DNA of 64,000 bases from Planctomycetota bacterium (GTDB lineage Bacteria; Planctomycetota; Planctomycetia; JALXBF01). Position numbers and translations under genes: made by a program. Below are positions 59,229 to 64,000 of this stretch, piece by piece. A model generated the notes under the pieces. It worked only from the letters and a program-made list of their open reading frames with translations. It searched no databases and was not told where the DNA came from. The stretch is from contig JALXBF010000014.1 of NCBI GenBank assembly GCA_026991575.1, positions 11,467-75,466 of the forward strand, in the 5' to 3' direction. Position 1 is the first letter of the stretch; each line of letters starts with the position of its first letter.

Positions 59229-60751
59229 CGGCCACCCACAATGGTTTGATACGCCATGACCGCACGGGGTAACAACACCAGTGCCCCAAGACCACCGCGC
59301 CCTTGAGTGGCTGCCCAGGGGCCTGCCCAGAGAGCCTCCGCGTCGCCCTCGATCACCACCCATAGGACTGGCCCCAAGTTTGGATCGGAAACTCTCACCG
59401 TTTCAGCCACGCGGTACACATACGCGTGCCTCGGAGCGGCCGCCCTCGAGTAGTCCCTGGGCGGCTCCTGACGGCCACCAAGATTCACGTACGTAGCATC
59501 CAGAACATACGAACCCTTCGGTATACGGAGCCCCTCGTTGGTGGCACGCGGTTGGAACGCACCATGGTTCCCAATAGGAATGCGCAGGACGTTAGCCGGC
59601 GCGTCGTCACTGCCGGGCCAACCCAGCTCCGCCCAATCAATAAGTCCCCGATCAATACGCCCGCTCCTGACGCGCGGCTTAAACACAAAGTCTGTGATGC
59701 CGTTGCCGTCGTCATCGACGCCGGCTCTGCCTGGGGCGCCGTCCGGGCCGACTGGAAAGACAAACGGCACGGTGACGGGCGGCTCTTGGAAATCCCGCTC
59801 TCGAAAGGCCACGATGGTTACTCGGAATGGGCCCACCGGAATGTCCGTTTCAAGCCCAGGTAGAAGTCCGGTGAGCTGATCGGGAGGTTCCTGCTGCGGG
59901 GCGGGCCCGTACTCACCGTCACTACCGGGCAAGTGCCATTCCTCGCCTGCGTCGCTGTCGGAATCGTTGCTCACGCGGTCATAATAAGCCGGCGCGAACG
60001 TCTGGCTGGTTTTTTGAATGATCGCGAACCATGTGTATCGGAGCTTCCTCGGCAATGTTCCCGGGGCATACAGAGGCCCCGACGTCGGCCTGAGGAATGC
60101 CCTGCTGCCGTAGGCAACCAGTTCGGCAGGTTGCGAAAGTCTGGCCTGGAATGGCAGATAGGGATAGTTCGGGTGCCAGTACAACCGATCGGGAGCCGAG
60201 AACATGCTCCGTGCCAGCACTCGGGCGGCGGCTAAACCGCTTTGGGCCTGCGCCCTCTGAATGGCGTATCCGCGATACCTTGGAAGACCGTGGTAGAGTA
60301 CTTGTCCTTGCGAGTCCTGCAATCTGCCTAGCCTTGTTTCATCCGGACATGGATATTCCGGAAGGGTGGCTAACGTGCTGTTCTCGAGAATTCCCAGCGG
60401 ATCAATCACCACCGGAATTCCCGGCCGTGCTCCCTCCACTAAGACCCACTCCACCTGCTGAACCGGGTCTCGCACCGTTCCGTCCGGCTGCACGGGGTCC
60501 GCGATGTAAGCATTCGCAATCGCCCCCCAAGGCGGGGCATACAGCGGCCCGGCGATCGAGATCGCTCGGGCAGTTCTGGCAAGAACCGCGCCTCTCGTGT
60601 CGTCTGTGGCCCGGCCCAGGCGTGCGAGCCCTACCGGGAACAGGGCCGCTAGCGAGATCAGTCCAACCGCCAGCAAGAACATGGCGATCAGTATCTCTAT
60701 GAGGGACAAGCCCCCTCGCTTTGTCCGGCAACTAAACGTTCGACCTTCCAC
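59225..60751 (-). CDS. enlarged pseudopilin-like protein (508 aa) with a class-III signal peptide
   Basis: GTG start. KRGGLSLIEILIAMFLLAVGLISLAAL prepilin motif (canonical Gly at -1). Internal GRAGVDDDGNGITDF motif shared with the downstream paralog. Confidence 0.6.
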   Translation of the reverse strand: MEGRTFSCRTKRGGLSLIEILIAMFLLAVGLISLAALFPVGLARLGRATDDTRGAVLARTARAISIAGPLYAPPWGAIANAYIADPVQPDGTVRDPVQQVEWVLVEGARPGIPVVIDPLGILENSTLATLPEYPCPDETRLGRLQDSQGQVLYHGLPRYRGYAIQRAQAQSGLAAARVLARSMFSAPDRLYWHPNYPYLPFQARLSQPAELVAYGSRAFLRPTSGPLYAPGTLPRKLRYTWFAIIQKTSQTFAPAYYDRVSNDSDSDAGEEWHLPGSDGEYGPAPQQEPPDQLTGLLPGLETDIPVGPFRVTIVAFRERDFQEPPVTVPFVFPVGPDGAPGRAGVDDDGNGITDFVFKPRVRSGRIDRGLIDWAELGWPGSDDAPANVLRIPIGNHGAFQPRATNEGLRIPKGSYVLDATYVNLGGRQEPPRDYSRAAAPRHAYVYRVAETVRVSDPNLGPVLWVVIEGDAEALWAGPWAATQGRGGLGALVLLPRAVMAYQTIVGGR

Positions 60752-60765
60752 AGATTCCCGCCTCG

Positions 60766-61767
60766 CTACGGTACAAGTAGACCTGGGACAATGGAGCTTG
60801 TTAGTGCTCTATCCACCGCCCTGTGGGCCGCGTCCGGATCAGCCAATCCTGGCTGAAACACCGACACTGTGCCAGTTCGTGCGCTAAGAGCTACAACACG
60901 ATAATCTGCGTTCTCATCGCTGTTCCTTCGCTCGGTCGTGATCCAGAACTTGATATACGACCGCAGGGCAGCCTCTCCCACGATCTGACCAGTGGGGGCG
61001 AAGAGGATATCCATAGGGCGCCCGCTACTCGGGTCCTGGTTCGGTATTCCGCGGCTCAACTGGGGGTTAAGCCCGACGTCGATGTATGTACCAACGGGCA
61101 GAGACAATGCGGGAACAGTGTCCAGCCGCGGTGGGTTGAAGATCTGGTAGGACCGTGCCTGAGTTGTTTCGTGGGGCAACGGCGTGCCCGGGAAGGTCCG
61201 TATGCGCATGTACAACCCTTGGGTGTCCCGACCCACCTCCTCTACCAAGTACAACGGTCCTGCGTAATCAAACCGTATCCAAGCCTGACCGACCACGACC
61301 CGCGGAACGTCGTCGTCGGCGCTGTTCGGGTCAGGGCCCGGGTCGACGTAATCCCAGAGCGGATCGCCCCCCACTGGCCGAACCTCTGCCTGCGTCGTCG
61401 TCACCCTACGCACGAAAACATGCCCCTCGCTGAAAGGATCTGGGGTAGCCACAAATTGGAGGATGCGTACACTGTTGGGCCGTCCTTCCTCTCGTACGAG
61501 GCGCACGCCATAGATCCTGCCCGTGGCCATGGCCCTCTCACGTGCCATTCGCAGGCCTTGTACCACCAGCCGTGTCGCAGCAGGAACACCGGTAGCGTCC
61601 GACCACACAACGAACAACACGCTGATCGCAACAACCGAGAAGGCCAACAGGAGGACGACGACAACAAGGAACTCGACGAGCGTCAGCGCTCGCCGAAGGT
61701 TCCCCGAGCGCGGCGCTGCTTCAAGCCGATCCATCCGTTTGGTTGGCCGAGCTACTGCGCTTCCCAT
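60766..61767 (-). CDS. enlarged pseudopilin-like protein (322-333 aa) with a class-III signal peptide
   Basis: LRRALTLVEFLVVVVLLLAFSVVAISVL prepilin motif. Two possible ATG starts, at 61767 and 61734. Confidence 0.6.
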   Translation of the reverse strand: MGSAVARPTKRMDRLEAAPRSGNLRRALTLVEFLVVVVLLLAFSVVAISVLFVVWSDATGVPAATRLVVQGLRMARERAMATGRIYGVRLVREEGRPNSVRILQFVATPDPFSEGHVFVRRVTTTQAEVRPVGGDPLWDYVDPGPDPNSADDDVPRVVVGQAWIRFDYAGPLYLVEEVGRDTQGLYMRIRTFPGTPLPHETTQARSYQIFNPPRLDTVPALSLPVGTYIDVGLNPQLSRGIPNQDPSSGRPMDILFAPTGQIVGEAALRSYIKFWITTERRNSDENADYRVVALSARTGTVSVFQPGLADPDAAHRAVDRALTSSIVPGLLVP

Positions 61768-62879
61768 AGCGTGCTCGCTGTGTGGTTGTCCAGGTTGTCC
61801 GCGTCAGCCCCGACTTCGCTGGAAGTACCAGGCGAAGGCAAATCGCGAAGGCGGGTGGCTGAGCGGTCGAAGTAAGACGGATCGTTAGGATCGCGCATCA
61901 GCCCGAAAAGTCCATCCGGACCCGCTGACACGATGAGCGGATACAACCGATAGGCAAAAGGGCGTTGCCTATTGGGCCAAAGTGTGATCGGAAAGAGCGC
62001 CTCATCGACAACCTGCCAGCCTCCCGGCCCCCGAGTAATGTACACGGGGTCGGTGACAAGCCCGGCAGGGTCCAGCAAGCTACCACTGACCGTGGGAACC
62101 GGAGGCTTTCCCTTCGCCGGCTGAAGAGACGACCTGTAGCCGTATGGGCAAAGGAAGAACAGTATCGGGTTGTCCCAGGCATCCACGATTTCCAGCAGCC
62201 CGTCGCCGTCGGAATCTCGGAGATTGCTATCCGGAATCCCAGGGACCGTTCCTGTTTCAGGGTCGTCCGCTACGATCACGTACAGACATTCCGCACGGGC
62301 AGTTTCCGGCTGATGATTGGCTAATGTTCCGTTAGTCGCTGCCCGCTCCAGGATCGCGATAAATCGTTGTGCCCCAGGGGGCAGCTCTGCCCGACTCTGA
62401 GCCCGCCGACACATGGGATCGCTGAGTGCGCTGCCCGGATCAAGGGGCGCGAAGTCCCCATTGACCCAGACGCTACCCAACTGGAGCGGGCTGTGGTACC
62501 GGTACTGCTGATTGCCAATCAGGAATAGCTCCGGTAGCTCCTGTCGCACCGTCCTCAATCGTGCTACAACCGTGGCCCGACGCCGAGCGGACTCGCTGTA
62601 GCTGCAATCGCTTCGATCTAGTGAAAGGGACATGTCGACCGGCAGGACACGGGCACGACTCCCCCTGCTCGCCTGCTGAAACTTCTGGTAGACTAGCTGG
62701 TCCAACACACTGATGATTCGCTGTGTCGCGCGTATCTTCGCACGCTCGGCCAATTGTGTTACCCCCCCAAAGCGCAGCACAAACGCCGCGACGATTGCAA
62801 TAAGCGCCATCACCACGAGTATCTCTACCAGCGTCACAGCTTGGCGCGCCTTTGGCGAGGGCTGGCGCAAGAGTGCCAT
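61752..62879 (-). CDS. enlarged GspG-like pseudopilin (375 aa)
   Basis: N-terminal RQAVTLVEILVVMALIAIVAAFV. C-terminal SAGPDG...GADADNLDN resembles the GspG Ca-binding GxDGxxG...DADI tail. Its start overlaps the upstream stop by 1 nt (TAATG). Confidence 0.6.
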   Translation of the reverse strand: MALLRQPSPKARQAVTLVEILVVMALIAIVAAFVLRFGGVTQLAERAKIRATQRIISVLDQLVYQKFQQASRGSRARVLPVDMSLSLDRSDCSYSESARRRATVVARLRTVRQELPELFLIGNQQYRYHSPLQLGSVWVNGDFAPLDPGSALSDPMCRRAQSRAELPPGAQRFIAILERAATNGTLANHQPETARAECLYVIVADDPETGTVPGIPDSNLRDSDGDGLLEIVDAWDNPILFFLCPYGYRSSLQPAKGKPPVPTVSGSLLDPAGLVTDPVYITRGPGGWQVVDEALFPITLWPNRQRPFAYRLYPLIVSAGPDGLFGLMRDPNDPSYFDRSATRLRDLPSPGTSSEVGADADNLDNHTASTLWEAQ

Positions 62880-64000
62880 TAGAGATCTCCAAGCGAACGG
62901 TCTGCGAAGTTAGTCAGGTTATCTTCTTCAACAGCCCGACTCTCGCCCAGCGTACAGGCCGATGGCAGGCCGTTCGTCCGCGACCAGGCACCGCCGCACC
63001 CAAATAATCCGTCTACGCCTGGCGAAATGATCTGGAACGACTTTCCGCGCCAGTAGAGGGGATGCCGTAGTAGGGCCTGATTGCCAGTGTGATAGGGCCT
63101 TCCCTGCGTGTATGGGTTGGGTCCCGGGCTGACATTCAGGACCACCTGCCCTTCCAGGCGCTGAAAGGCACTGGGATAGTCTGTCATGTCCCACTTCACC
63201 CGGAAAGCTTCCCGTGTCTCGTCCGCCAGGTTCCAGTCATCGGGCCGATATCCGGCTCCTTCGTACGCGGAGAAGTAGGCATAGCCCCGATTACCGTCCC
63301 TCCGTACTGGCAGGTACTCCCAGAACCCGTTAGGCGCGGTCCCCGCACCGCCGTCAATGAGGCGGGAAGTATCGAACTCGAAGAATGGACCGACTCGCTC
63401 GTATGGAGTCCCGTCCGCCGGGTTCACGAGTCGCGTTGGGTCGCCGGGAAACACGCTGAATCCCTGCACCCCGGGCGGCACAGCCTCCTTGCCCGGGTTG
63501 GTCGGAGACGGAGGTTCGCGCAGGCCTAACCCCCCCGGGTAGTCACCGATCGGGATACCACCCAGGAAGAAAACCAAACATTCATCCCCGCTAAGGGCGA
63601 ACGCTGTAGGGGCACCAGGCGGGTTCCCGTCGCCGTTCCAGTCGTAAAAGTCCAGCGGTGAGTTCCTAGGGTTGCCATCACCGTCCAGATCCAACGGCGG
63701 CGGTCCCGTCTCGCTGATCATAAGCTCCGGCCAAATGCGTCTCAAATAGTAGACACTCAGCGACCGGCTGAACACGGCATCCCTCGTAATCAAGTACTCA
63801 CCGTCCGCGCCAATAGCATCGGGAATAACGTTATCCTCAAAGAGCCGCCGCCAGTTGTCTGGTGAATAGTCACCGTTCTCAATAAGAACGATCTGGCTCG
63901 GAGGATAGACACCAAATTCCGCCTGAAACTGGTGGAGCGATATTTCCAGCAGCCTGACTTCTGAACGCTCCTGGGCTTCCCGTACGTTCCTGTAGGCGCC
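62879..64000 (-). CDS. hypothetical protein, first gene of the pseudopilin operon as seen; N-terminus lies beyond the window
   Basis: The reading frame stays open upstream of the listed TTG at 63793, to the window end. Contains DLDGDGN/WNGDGN Ca-loop-like motifs. It is translationally coupled to the next gene. Confidence 0.45.
   Translation of the reverse strand, partial: GAYRNVREAQERSEVRLLEISLHQFQAEFGVYPPSQIVLIENGDYSPDNWRRLFEDNVIPDAIGADGEYLITRDAVFSRSLSVYYLRRIWPELMISETGPPPLDLDGDGNPRNSPLDFYDWNGDGNPPGAPTAFALSGDECLVFFLGGIPIGDYPGGLGLREPPSPTNPGKEAVPPGVQGFSVFPGDPTRLVNPADGTPYERVGPFFEFDTSRLIDGGAGTAPNGFWEYLPVRRDGNRGYAYFSAYEGAGYRPDDWNLADETREAFRVKWDMTDYPSAFQRLEGQVVLNVSPGPNPYTQGRPYHTGNQALLRHPLYWRGKSFQIISPGVDGLFGCGGAWSRTNGLPSACTLGESRAVEEDNLTNFADRSLGDL

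Noticed and set aside
57150-59363. ORF-track start at 59363, giving a 737-aa protein
   Set aside because: That start would overlap the upstream gene by 139 nt. The ATG at 59228, in an ATGA stop/start overlap and placed just before the prepilin motif, is far more plausible.
1-64000. CRISPR arrays, tRNA/rRNA genes, transposases or integrases
   Set aside because: No direct-repeat or spacer periodicity was found. No tRNA-like T-arm motifs (GGTTCGAATCC-type) were found in intergenic regions. No transposase or integrase-like ORFs were seen.

Overview
This is a high-GC (about 65-70%) bacterial chromosomal segment, densely coding on both strands. Several proteins point to the PVC superphylum, most likely Planctomycetes: a PVC-type membrane-bound dehydrogenase/HEAT/cytochrome-c CxxCH protein, a DUF1559 H-X9-DG prepilin-type protein, and three Tat-signal proteins. 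The first ~50 kb is mostly housekeeping or metabolic: hisG-hisI, miaA, prs, the LemA/M48 peptidase pair, korAB 2-oxoacid:ferredoxin oxidoreductase, a SNF2/SWIM helicase, transporters, a PL11 rhamnogalacturonan lyase, and several oxidoreductases. Four stretches need a second look: (1) From about 50.8 to 64 kb GC drops by roughly 10 points; within it, 52.6-64 kb holds a tightly coupled minus-strand operon of at least five genes with class-III (prepilin-type) signal peptides in GspG-H-I-J-K-like order, each protein 2-10 times larger than canonical pseudopilins; the operon ends in a 1517-aa GspK-like protein with Asp-rich, Ca-binding-like repeats. (2) An AhpD-like/peroxidase-related gene reads through an in-frame TGA exactly at the second Cys of the CxxCxxxH motif, with a hairpin just downstream, so it is a probable selenoprotein. 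(3) A CobB/CbiA homolog has lost its Walker-A motif, catalytic Cys and His, so it looks like a pseudoenzyme. (4) Two adjacent secreted His/Tyr/Gly-rich small proteins sit next to a polytopic membrane protein. No CRISPR arrays, tRNA or rRNA genes, or transposase/integrase genes were found. The ORF track calls alternative start codons (TTG/CTG/GTG) as M, so several starts below were re-chosen by eye.
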